From contig JAAOMT010000503.1 of assembly GCA_016748015.1 (NCBI GenBank), forward strand, positions 794,305 through 858,304: a DNA stretch of 64,000 bases. Reading direction: 5' to 3'. Positions 53,400 through 64,000 of this stretch are shown here, in pieces. A model generated the notes under the pieces. That model did no database searches. It saw nothing but the letters and a program-made list of their open reading frames with translations, and had not been told where the DNA came from. Every line of letters begins with the position of its first letter. Within the stretch, counting starts at the first letter, position 1. The stretch comes from Geosiphon pyriformis uo1 (Eukaryota; Fungi; Glomeromycota). Position numbers and translations under genes: made by a program.

Positions 53400-56300
53400 T
53401 GTTAAAAACTCTTTATCTTCTTAATTTTATAACCATAATCAAAGCAAAGAATAAAAAAACTGCACCTGATATTTTTCCTGAGATATCTAATAAAATTTCA
53501 ACCAGAGGTGCTTTTTCTGTTGTAAAAGCAACCTGGCAGAATGTTTTAAAAGCCTTCTCTTTATCTAGTAATCATGAAAAGCTGTTTTTGGTAGCTATTG
53601 AAGCAACTTTTTCATCTTTGGCTGGTTTTTCACCAGTTAAAGTTCTTTCAAAAAGACACATTTGAATTAGTTCTAGTGTTGCCTCCACCCCTACTAAGAG
53701 CCCAAAAGTTTTTAATAATAGATCTGTAAACAAGCTGGTTTTTCTTTTTTTTGCTTCAACATCTGATGCTGCTAGCATCACCTCTTCAAAAAAATAGTCA
53801 AAAAAACTAAAAGTTCAAAAAAGTGGAAGCAGTCACTTGTCTCTGCTATTATTACACCAAACTCTTTTGTGGTTTCCAATAAGATCTTAGATGAGATCTC
53901 TATAGTATCATTTAGCATATCATCTAAGATGGGCCTAAATTAACCATTGGCTGTATTGCCAAATGTAGTGTCTTCTGGTAAATCATCACCAGTTTTGAAA
54001 GCAAAACAATCTCTTTCTGTTGGGTCACCTGTTTTTGAAAACTGGACTGATCAAATAGAAACTGAATCATCTTCTTCTCTAGTTTCTGGTGCTACTTCTG
54101 GTGGTGTTTAGGAAACTATTACTAGTTGTTAAAAATTTGCTGGGTGGATGGCATCCACTTTGGTGTTTGATACTATTTTCAAGATCAAATTGGCTTATGT
54201 TAAGACTGTTTTTCAGTCTGTGTATGGTTTTTTGGGTGTGAAACTCTTCTGTATGGAGTTTGTCTCTCAAACCTCTTTAAATGCTGTATTTTTGGTTGAG
54301 CTTACAAGCTCTGTTTACCTTGTTACTTTTAAAATTGCCAAGTTTTTGGTGGTTTCTGAGTCTGGCTCTTCTTTTATTGCTGTTGTATTATGTGATATGT
54401 TTTTGGGTGTGTTTGCCATTAATATTAAAACAGCTTTTAGTGTTTTTGGTGTGGTTGCTCATGTTGTGCTAAAGCCTGTTGGCATTTGGCAATATGTGGT
54501 GGTTTATTTTGAGAAGTTGGACTCTGCTGTGTCTGTTCTAAATTATTGGTTAGTTTTGGTAAACAAAAATAGTGTTAGAATCCTCTCTTTGGTAAATTAA
54601 AATAAAACTATTCTATTTTGTAATAGATTTAAGGCCAAATTGGTCAATCTTTCTTCTGGTTGTTGTTACCAGTAGAATTTTAGCTATTAATTAGCATGAA
54701 ATTACCCTTATAATTCCTATTATTAATTAGCATATAGTATTATTATTTTGATTATCACTTATTATTTAATCAAATTATCAAATATCATTACTCAATCAAT
54801 AATCCGATTTGTACTATAAAAATTAAGATGATCAAATTACACAATACTCTAAACCATTTAACATAGTCAAAATTCGCCGAAATTAATAAAAATTGGCCGA
54901 AATAATCAATAGTTCAGTGAAATAACTTGTAAATTTGCTGAAATGTATCTTTAGTTCACTCAAATTATAGCAAAGAAAAAAGTGCAAGTTCAAAGATTAG
55001 TATTATAACAAGTTGTATAAAAGAAGAGCTTCTCTCTTCAAAAAAATGTATCTTCTCATAGTATCTTATCATAGTATCTTACTTTAGATATCTTAATTGA
55101 AACAAATCATCTTTTTACAAAATAAAATAAAAATTAAATATTCAAAAACCAATTTTTTTGATTATTACACTTGAAATTCTCTTAATACAAACTAACGTTT
55201 TGAAATTGATTAGCTACCAATTTCAGTAATCTGTTAGTGACTTCAGGTCTGAATAAAAAACATTTTCCTTAACACAATTCTATTTTTTTCACATTTTTTT
55301 TATTTTTCCTTTCTTTTCCTATTATAATTATTAGGGTAGTCTATAGACAAGATTCCTGTAGAAAAGTTGACTTTCACAGCAAAGTAACTACACATTTTTA
55401 GTGAGCTTCCAAACGAGCAATTTCTGAGAAAAAGTTGATATTTACTACAACATAACTACACAAAGTAATTGACATAGAATTGGCCATTCCACTTATAAGC
55501 CCAGCAGTTCAAATTATAGGAGATAATTTGAAGATAAATTCAGTTACTGGAGGTCCAACTACTTCCTGAGAACATGAATTCACAGCAAATCAATATTAAC
55601 AGCATTCAAGAAAAAAGACCAAAAACTTTTAGTAACACTGTACTGCCTTTGAAATTAGTAATATAATCTCTCAAGTTGATAGTCAAACATGTTTTATTCC
55701 TTGGTCTTCTGATTCTGGTCATCATTCCCAGTTTGCTCTGGTTATGTTTAGATCTTAAGCTGATTTAGATTTTGCAATTACCAAAACTGGTACATTAAGG
55801 AAATGCCATATTTGGTGAAAAACTTCTGGTTATTAGTGTTATTTTAGATGTCAAAAGGTGGGCCATCTGGCTGTGAACTGTGAGATTTCTCCACTCTTCT
55901 CTTCCAAGGCTTCCAAGTTGTTTAAATCACATTTTGTGGATTTTGTATCATATGCAAAGGCCTTTTCTCTTCCCAAGCTTTCTGAGTTTCCTTTGTTGGT
56001 TGCTTCTGATCCTTTTTCTGTGGCTGTTGACAATTCTTTATTGTTTTCTCAGTTGATCTCTCTAGAATCTGATTTGGCCAAGCTTTCTGCTCTGATGGAG
56101 TCTATTATTAAGCCTATTGGTTCTTTGGTCAAAGTATTTGAACATTTTATTAATGAAAATTTGGTTTCTAGTAATAAACTTGGCCTTAAAGTCAATAAGG
56201 TTTTAGTGCATATGGGTTTCTTTAATAAGATAGTTAGTAAGTTGGGAAGAGAAATAGTTTCTTTGAAAAAAGAATGCTACATGGAAGACATTAATATGTC

Positions 56301-56618
56301 TGGTGATTCAGAGCTTCTGTTTATTGTAAATAATAAAATGTTTTCCAATTTGATGTCTTTTTGGAAACATAAGTCTGTTGATATTAAAACTGATCCCTTT
56401 AAAACTGCTGAGTGATTAGTTGGATTGGTTTTTTGTAGTACAACTTTGTTTTCTGTTATTTAAAAGATGTCATCTTTGGATAAGTTTTCTTCTGTAGCAT
56501 CAGTGTAGTGTGTTTTTGATTGGTCTAAATGGCTGGTCATGTGTAGAAAATACATGATTAGCATTTAGTTTAGATTACTTAGTTTGATGTATTGTTCTAG
56601 ATAGCTTTTGGGCCTCAT
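53400..56618 (+). mobile_element. ORF1-only (HAL1-like) element copy 2: ORF 53435-56508 split by a solo LTR; 3' module cut by a Gypsy insertion just before the tail
   Basis: RRM-like segments (IKTAFSVFG..WQYVVVYFEKLDSA; KAKLVNL..FALVMF), knuckle YFRCQKVGHLAVNC, coiled coil SQLISLESDLAKLSALME; the frame resumes after removing 54664-55637 and the TSD. Confidence 0.82.
54664..55637 (+). mobile_element. Solo LTR-like element family 1, copy B; TSD TTGT/CTGT
   Basis: TGTTACCAG...TAGTAACA; internal TATAAAA near 55016; interrupts the codons GGC TGT ACT of the host ORF. Confidence 0.88.
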
Positions 56619-56690
56619 TGTTACTCATAGAATATAGGAAGTATATTAGCATATAAAATTAGCCAATCAGAAGTAGCCATAGTAAATGTG

Positions 56691-56810
56691 GAATTCCAGG
56701 ATTCTTTTCAAAGGAATTGCAAGATTCCAGGAATTTCAGGATTCTTGTACAAGAAATTGCAGGATTCCAGAATTCCAGAATTTCTCTCATAAGAATTGCA
56801 GGATTCCTGG
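56691..56810 (+). repeat. About three tandem ~39-bp units rich in GGAATTCC/GGATTCC within U3 of LTR family 2
   Basis: gaattccaggatt..gaattgcaggattcc repeated; mirrored at 60285-60422 and decayed at 52350-52430. Confidence 0.75.
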
Positions 56811-57443
56811 TGTGAGGAATTGAGGAATCTTAATTATGTATATATAATAATAGTATTAGAAGTAAAAAAGACAGATCTCTTTATTTAGATTTAATCTAAG
56901 CAATTTTCTACTTCACAAATATTAATAAATAATTATTCAATATTTCAAAATTCACTCTCCACTATCAGCACTTCATGTTGATAACAATTGATACTTAATA
57001 CTACTGAAACAATAGCTCTTGATCATGGCTATTGACGGGATACTAATACACAAATTGTCTTGGCTTATTTTTTCTATTTTTTTTTATTTTTTTTTATTTT
57101 TTTTGTTATTACTTTGGGTTTACTAATTGATTATGGATTAAGCACTGAATTATTGACATCAAGAATTGCCTGGTAAAAGACCCCTGCAAATGGGTAGTAT
57201 ATGTAAAGAATATGGATTACTTACTAGAGGATTGCCAGCCATCAAGCTGAAGAAAAAAATTGACAGAATTGCAATTCTGAAAAGCTTCAGATAAACAACT
57301 ATTGAATCTCTGTTTATTATACAAAGGACTCAACCAAAACTTTTAGATAACAATACCTTCAGATCAACACCAACATATCAACCAAGCACCAAGTTACAGG
57401 TTTGTTATTTGATTTGAGACCCCAAATATTCACCTGTAATATT

Positions 57444-57460
57444 TGGTGCTCTCTGTGAGG
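57444..57460 (+). promoter_or_regulatory. Primer-binding site TGGTGCTCTCTGTGAGG, probably for elongator tRNA-Met
   Basis: 2 nt after the LTR end; its complement CCUCACAGAGAGCACCA resembles eukaryotic eMet tRNA 3' ends. Confidence 0.7.
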
Positions 57461-59625
57461 TATAATTCTACAGAGAACCAGTACCGACAACAATTATCCA
57501 AAAGTAATAGAATCAGAAATCATAGGAGCAAACCATTTAGGATTCACCAAATTCTTGTTTCAACAGTACAGCCAACAATTAGAATTAAACAATAACCATT
57601 TCTCAGCAGAATCAGCCTTTAACTTTTATGTTAACAATAAAATCACAGACTGCTTAAGAAGAACAGTTAATATTGAATCTACAAAAGAGAATTTTTATAC
57701 AGAGTTGTTTCAACATACCAGCTTACCAAGAAACTACAGTTTTGCACCAATTATCAGGAAAATCAATCAAGTCATTGAAAGGTACACCCAACAACAATTC
57801 CCCATTACCTATGCAGACAAAGGCAAGGAAAGATTGCAAACACCAGCAGTAACACCAAAACAAATATAACTCTCCACTTGGAAAAAAACCAGAGTTGAAT
57901 TACCAACCAATCTATCATACTATTATACATCCAGAAGTGTCATCAATATCTCTTCAATAGATGCATTCACATCAAACATAACATCAACTTTTGAACAATT
58001 CCCATTTCAAAGTAAACAAAAAAGAACAGAATTGTTAGGACCATACAGCAAATATTTTGAAAAATTTACATTGCAATCACCAATGCCATCAAGATTTTGA
58101 TCACCACTACTTCAACCAGATTTTGGAACCATGAGTTCATGGGAAATAATTGAATTGGAAAAAAAAAAAGTGAGAATCAGGAATTTATTTACCAAAACCT
58201 GATCCTAGAAAATCAGAAACTTGAAACTCCAAACATTTAAACCCAGAACAATCTAAACCCCAAAATAATTAATCAGCAAAACTTATCTCCAGTAATTGTC
58301 ATTGATCAGCCACCAACTGAACTGATTATTAAACCAATTCAACAGCAGCCACTTTAGCAACTGCTCTAACAACCATTTCAACCACCTTAACAACTACTGC
58401 AGCCACTTCTACAGTTACAACAACAACTTCAACCACCACACCAACAACCAATTGTATCAATAGCTTATGCTCCAATAGTTAAACTTCAGAAATTCACCAG
58501 TGAAGAGGATGACACCCAGGTATGGCTGAATGACATGGAAAAAGCCATTACAGCTAACAGATAAGACGATGCCAGAGTCATGCAAGCCATCCCTTATTTT
58601 TTCCAAGATATCATCAACTTATGGTATTAAAGCTTAGCTAATAAACCACAGAATTTTCATGCATTCAAGCTTGCATTCCTACAATACTTCAGCAATAATA
58701 ATAGTATCAATCACTTAGCAAATACCTTCACCATCATCAAACAAAAAAAAAATGAAGCAGTTACCACTTACCTAGGACACTTCCACAGAAATTTACATCA
58801 AATTCAGGCCATACAGACTGATTATTTTACAGCCTCACAAATTCTGAATCAATTCATTAGAGGACTGTGCAGTAGTATCCTCCAACATGTACACCTAATA
58901 CATCCAGTAGACCTTCAAGTCACAGTTACAAATGCCAGAAATTTTGAAGCAGCTAAACTCAAAGCAAACCACACCCAAGCTGTAAATCTAGTAATAAATA
59001 GATCATCTGACTTGAATTCTAAATTGAAACAACTCAGAAATTCAATTAATCAGAAATTAGAAGGATACTTAGTTGACAATTGTGCAATTTATCAACCCCT
59101 ACAACAATGCAATAATTCCAGAAATGTGAATTGTTTCCAAAATCAGTCATGTTCATCATCATCATCCAATCAACCATGGCAGCCAGAGATGCAAGTCTGT
59201 CACAACTATAGTAAACAAAGTCACATTAGAGCTAACTGCCATTCTTATAGTAATCTACAATCGAGAAATCAATACTGAAATTCTGATCACAGAGTTCAAA
59301 TCCCGAATACTTACTCAAATCAAGAACAATATTAGTTCACTTACTTGCCAATGACACAACAGACAATATATCAACCACCCATATATCAACCTCCAGTTTA
59401 TCAACTATTGTCACAAGTAATATATTAACCACTACAGTCACAAATAATTTATCAGACACCTGCAGTTCAAACACTGTCATCAAACCCAGCTCAAATAACA
59501 TCAGGAAACCCTAGATCAAGAGTTATGCAAAATTGGAGATCAGCAATGGTTGTTCACCAACTGATTCCCAGCTCCTCCATACAACAATTAGGATTATGTT
59601 CTCGGAATTTGAGAACTAAACACAC

Positions 59626-62600
59626 TGTTACAGATGTTTATTTGGGGTCTCAAAGCAATAACAAATCCATAACTTGGTGCTTGATTGGTATTTTGGTGTT
59701 AATCTCTGAAGGTTTGATTAATCTGAAGGTTTTGTTGCAAAGTTTTTTGTATAATGGACAGAAATTTAATAATTGTTTCAATAGTCTCCCAGAATCACAA
59801 TTCCATCAAATTTTTTTCTCAGCATAATGGTCAGTAATCCTTTTGGTAAGCTATCCTCAAATCTATGAGTGTCTTACTCTTGTTTTACAGGTCTTTTACC
59901 AGTCCCTATGACATCTGTAACTCAGTACTTTAATTTTTAATCAATTAGTCAACCAACAAGAAATACAAAAGAAATAAAGAAAATAAAAGAAGATAAAGAA
60001 ATAAACAAAAGCAATTGCAAGTTAGTATCCTGTCAATAGCCATAATCAAGAGCTATTGTTCCTGTGTGGTTAAGTATCAATTACTATCAACACTTCATGT
60101 TGATAGTAGAGAGTGGATTGAGATAGTGAATAATTATTTATTGATATTTGTAAATGAAAGGTTGTTTAGATTAGATTTAAACTGGGAGGTTTTTAACTAA
60201 AAAAAATTCTGTTTTTTTTCTCTTTCTAATACTACTGCTATATATACATAATTGAGATTCTTTGATTCCTCAAGTCTTCACACCAGGAATCCTAGAATTT
60301 TTGGAATCCTGCAATTTCTCTTGAGAGAAATTCTGAAATTCTGGAATCCTGTGATTCTTTATACAAAAATCCTGAAATTCCTGGAATTCTGCAATTCCTC
60401 TTGAGAGAAATCCTGGAATTCCACATTTACTACAGTTATTTCTAATTGGCTAATTTATGCTAATATATATTTTCTATATTCTATGAGTAACATTATTCCC
60501 TTTTTTTTAATATTGAGCTCCATCAAAATCTTCTAAATTTCTTAACTCTAATTCTTTGTCTTTGAGTATTTCTTGAACTTCTTTTTCGAGAATTATTTGA
60601 GTTATTTTGTTCTGTAATTTTTCAAATTGGGTGTTGATTATTTTTCCCATTTGGTTAACTGTAATGGAGTCTATTTCCAGATTAAGTAAAATTTCCAGTC
60701 TGTCTTGGAATTCAGCATGCAATCAATAGATGGCTCTTGCTTATGTTATTAGATTGTTCTTGCCCACAAATTGTTTCAGTTGTTGTAATATTGTTGTGTT
60801 AAATAATTGTTTTGTTTTATCTGTGTATAAATTTTGAATATTCAAGTATTGTCCTAAGTAGAAATAACAAAAGTTTCTTGGAAATTTGTGTATCCACCAT
60901 TTTCAAGTTTTTTTGGTCAACTCTTGATATGTGGTAACAATTGTTGGTTCTTCTATTGCTAATTTTATTTTTAGAACCATTTTGTCAATAGTGTTTTCTG
61001 TTTTTTTTTGACTTTTATATTTGGGTATCTTTCTGGTATTTCAGTATCTAATGATTTGTTGATTGATAGTAATTTCCATATTTTGTTGTTGAATCAATTG
61101 GAAGATTTGTTGTGCTAGTAAGTGAATGTTGTCAGTGATTTCCATTTTTTTGAAGTCTTCTGTCATGTCTACTATGTTCTTTATATTCTCTTTTTATTGT
61201 TCAATTTTACGTGTTTGGTCCAATAATTATGATTGGTTTCAGATCTCATAGAATTTCATCTGGTTGGACTAGTATTCTCTGTACTTTTAATTGTGGAATA
61301 TTACTGGTAGTTGGTGACATTATATAATGATATGGTTTCAGTTGATTATTATATGCTGCTTTAATTAAAATTTTGTTGTTCAATCTTAATTTGTAAGCTC
61401 TATTTCCAAGAATTTTTTCTATGTAAAATGGTCTGTCCCATTTGGGGTCAAATTTTCCACTCCATTGTTTTTCTGTTTTGGTATGATATAAAAATACTTT
61501 GTCTCCAATCTTGAATTCAACTAGTTTATCTAGTAGTTGGTTATCATGTTTTTTTTTTTGTTTTTTTTGTGACTTTTGAATGTTATTAGCTGCTCTTCTT
61601 TGTTTGTTTTCCAATGTTTCCATTAAGTCATATGTTTTTCTTAACAATGTTTCTTGAAAATTGTCTTTTATTATTGGTTCTGTTGGATAAGTGTTGACTT
61701 CTATCTCAACTGGTAATATTGCTGTTCTATCATATACTAATTCAAATGGTGTTGTTTGTGTAGTGTCTTGTTTTATTGTCCAATAAGCAAATAATACTGA
61801 TTTTATAAACAAATCCCATTCGTCCTAGTTTTCTTGGCTGATTTTGGCAATGGCTTTAAACAATGTTCTGTTAAATCCTTCAACTAGCCCATTTTTTTGT
61901 GGATAGTATGGTAATGAAAATGGTCTTTTTATCCCAAATCTTTGACTTAATTCTGTCAATGTTCTATTCACAAAGTGTGTTTCTTGATCTGATAATAATT
62001 CTTTTAAACATCTGTGTTGACAAATCAAATTTTGATGAACAAATTTGGCAACAGATTCTGCATCTGCTCTTTGAATGGTTTTTGCTTCTGGTTATTTAGT
62101 GAGATAGTCCATAGCTAGTGCAATATATCTGTTGCCTCTACTGGTAATTGTTAATGGTCTGACTAAGTCAATTCCAATGTAATCAAATGGTTGTCTTACT
62201 TTGATTGGTCTTAATGGTTCACTGGGTTTTGTTCCACCTCTTCTCTAATAAGCATCACAATTTTGAACATATTGGATGATGTCTGGATACATTGATGGCC
62301 AATAGTATCTTTTTCTGGTTTTTTCTATAGTTGTTTCTTTATGAAAATGTCCTACTGTTGGATTTGAGTGCATGTTGAATAATATTGTCTCTTTTTCTGG
62401 TTCTGTAATTACTCTGGTTGGTTAATTTGAATTTTCTTTGTTCTTTTGGTAAAGTATATTTTAATGGTTGATAAAATATTTTGATTGTTGTTTTATGTTG
62501 TTTTGTTCCTTTTGAGATAATTTCTCCTTGAACAATTGAGTATTTATATAATGTTGGAGTTGTTGGTATTTTTGTATATTTATGTTTTGTTATATTTTTG

Positions 62601-64000
62601 GGTTGAAATGTTTTTTTTAGATTTGTTTTATTTACAACAAACCATCAGTATTTCTATTGTCTTTTTTTTTTATAATATACTGTATAACTGAATAGTGAAA
62701 ATTTTATTTTCCATCTGGTATGGCAATTGTCTCCAAATTCTTGCTTCTAAATTGAAGTCAATCTTTTGTAATTAGTGTACACATTAAACTTTTGACTCAA
62801 GTATTCTTTCCACTTAATAACAGCTCAATAGATAGCTAAGTGTTCTAGTGTTAAAGTATTATAGTTCTTTTCTGCTGGACTTAAGCTTCTACTGGCATAA
62901 GCTACTGGATGTTCTCTTCTATCTGGTCTTTTCTGTGATAGTACTGCTTCCAATGCCTGGCTTGATGTATTGGTAGTGATAATAAATGGTTTGTTGTGAT
63001 TTGAATACATTAACACTAGAGCTTGAATAAGCTTTCTTCTTAGTGTGTTGAATGTTTCTTGTTGAGCTTCTGTCTATTTATATTTTACATTCTTAGTTTG
63101 TAAGTAATAAAGTGGCTGGGCCAGTTTAGAAAAGTCTTTGATGAAATAGCAATAATATCCAGCAAATCTCAAAAATACTCTCAGTTTCGTCAAGTTGGTT
63201 GGTACTGAAAAGTTTTTTACTATTGCAATTTTATCTGAATTCGTTTTAATGTCATCTTTGCTTACAACATATCCCAAAAATTTCAACTTTGTTTTGCCAA
63301 AAAAACACTTAGTCACATTTAATTTCAATCCTGTTCTTCTTAATCTTTCAAACACTTGTTGGAAATAATACAGATGATTATCAAATGTCTCTAAAAACAC
63401 ATTGGTGTTATCTAAGTAAACAACTACTGATTTCCACAGTAATCCAGTATAGACAATTTCCATGAGCCATTAAAATGTTGCTGGAGCATTCATCAAGCCA
63501 AATGGCATTACTTTAAATTCAAAATTTCCTTTCTGAGTTGTGAAAGCTGTTTTCTCCTTGTTTTCTGGTTTTATGGCTACTTGCCAGTAACTACTGTCTA
63601 AGTCTAATGTTGAAAACCATTTCTTTCCTCCAAAAGCATCAAACAGCTCTTGGATCTTTGGCATTGGATAGCTATCTCTTTTGGTTACCCCATTCAACTT
63701 CCAGTAATCTACACAAAAGTGAATTTTCCCATTCTTCTTTCAGACTAGTACTACTGGTGATGACCATGGACTCATTGATGGCTGAATTTGTCAAGCATCC
63801 GATTGATTTCTTGATGAATGATCTTATAGCTAGCTAGTGGTATTCTGTATGCTCTCTGTTTAATTAGCATTGCATCTCCAGTCTTGATTTGATGTTGGAT
63901 GATATCAGTTCTGCCAAATTTGTTTTCACTGGCAAAAATGTTATTGAAATTGTTGAGTAACATTTTGAGCTGCATATATTGTAATGGATCTAAGTTCTTT
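59626..64000 (-). mobile_element. Ty3/Gypsy element B (same LTR family), reverse orientation, nested in gag of element A: RT-RNase H-integrase, extra ORF, PPT, 3' LTR (59626-60492); runs off the window
   Basis: RT LDLDSSYWQ, KTAF, VMPFGLMNAPATF, YLDN; RH PVAYASRSL..EKNY; IN H-H-C zinc region, IGIDL, SDQETHF, PQKNGLVEGFNRT, PKWDRPF; PPT AAAAAAAAGGGAATAA abuts TGTTACTC; many stops. Confidence 0.93.
60507..61166 (-). pseudogene. Extra ORF (220 codons, 4 in-frame stops) between integrase and PPT, unknown function
   Basis: Single frame MTEDFKKMEITDNIHLLAQQIFQLI...WWIHKFPRNFCYFYLGQYL...LEDFDGAQY*; the stop abuts the PPT. Confidence 0.6.

Larger units (their letters stand above)
56619..59625 (+). 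mobile_element. Ty3/Gypsy element A: 5' LTR (56619-57441), PBS and decayed gag; interrupted at 59626
   Basis: TGTTACTC...TGTAATA LTR; capsid-like YAPIVKLQKFTSEEDDTQVWLNDMEKAI..KQKKNEAVTTYLGHF..NQFIRGL (about 58460-58990); knuckle CHNYSKQSHIRANC. Confidence 0.88.

Noticed and set aside
56691-56810. CRISPR-like array
   Set aside because: Degenerate tandem units without unique spacers, inside a eukaryotic LTR, and no cas genes.
56619-60492. DIRS-like element or large-TIR DNA transposon suggested by inverted terminal repeats
   Set aside because: One repeat is followed by a PBS and gag, the other is preceded by a PPT and a DDE integrase; this is two nested Gypsy elements and no tyrosine recombinase is visible.

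Overview
Eukaryotic, intron-dense, AT-rich fungal DNA. A cobalamin-dependent MetH plus the repeat landscape suggest an early-diverging fungus, probably Glomeromycotina (inference, not a database result). The window has two sharply different halves. 1-30.1 kb is a compact block of ten spliced housekeeping genes: DESI1-like peptidase, CBS-PB1 protein, Ser/Thr-rich GPI-type wall protein, TMX2-like, CDK7/Kin28, MAU2/Scc4 with a Q37 tract, SEC24, SDE2, B12-dependent methionine synthase and 3-hydroxyanthranilate dioxygenase, with one N gap. 30.1-64 kb has no host genes and is a nest of decayed retroelements: APE/RNase H-bearing LINE fragments, solo LTR-like elements of two families with 4-bp TSDs, and two Ty3/Gypsy elements nested in opposite orientation. 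The most interesting signal is a two-component non-LTR system. ORF2-coding LINEs and ORF1-only (HAL1-like) elements all end in the same ~110-nt 3' module with covarying hairpins, which starts exactly 9 nt after the stop codon in all seven copies. The repeats also show heavy directional C>T/G>A decay that includes non-CpG contexts (RIP-like), and the Gypsy element carries an extra ORF between integrase and the PPT. Exon boundaries were read by hand from GT/AG sites and frame continuity.
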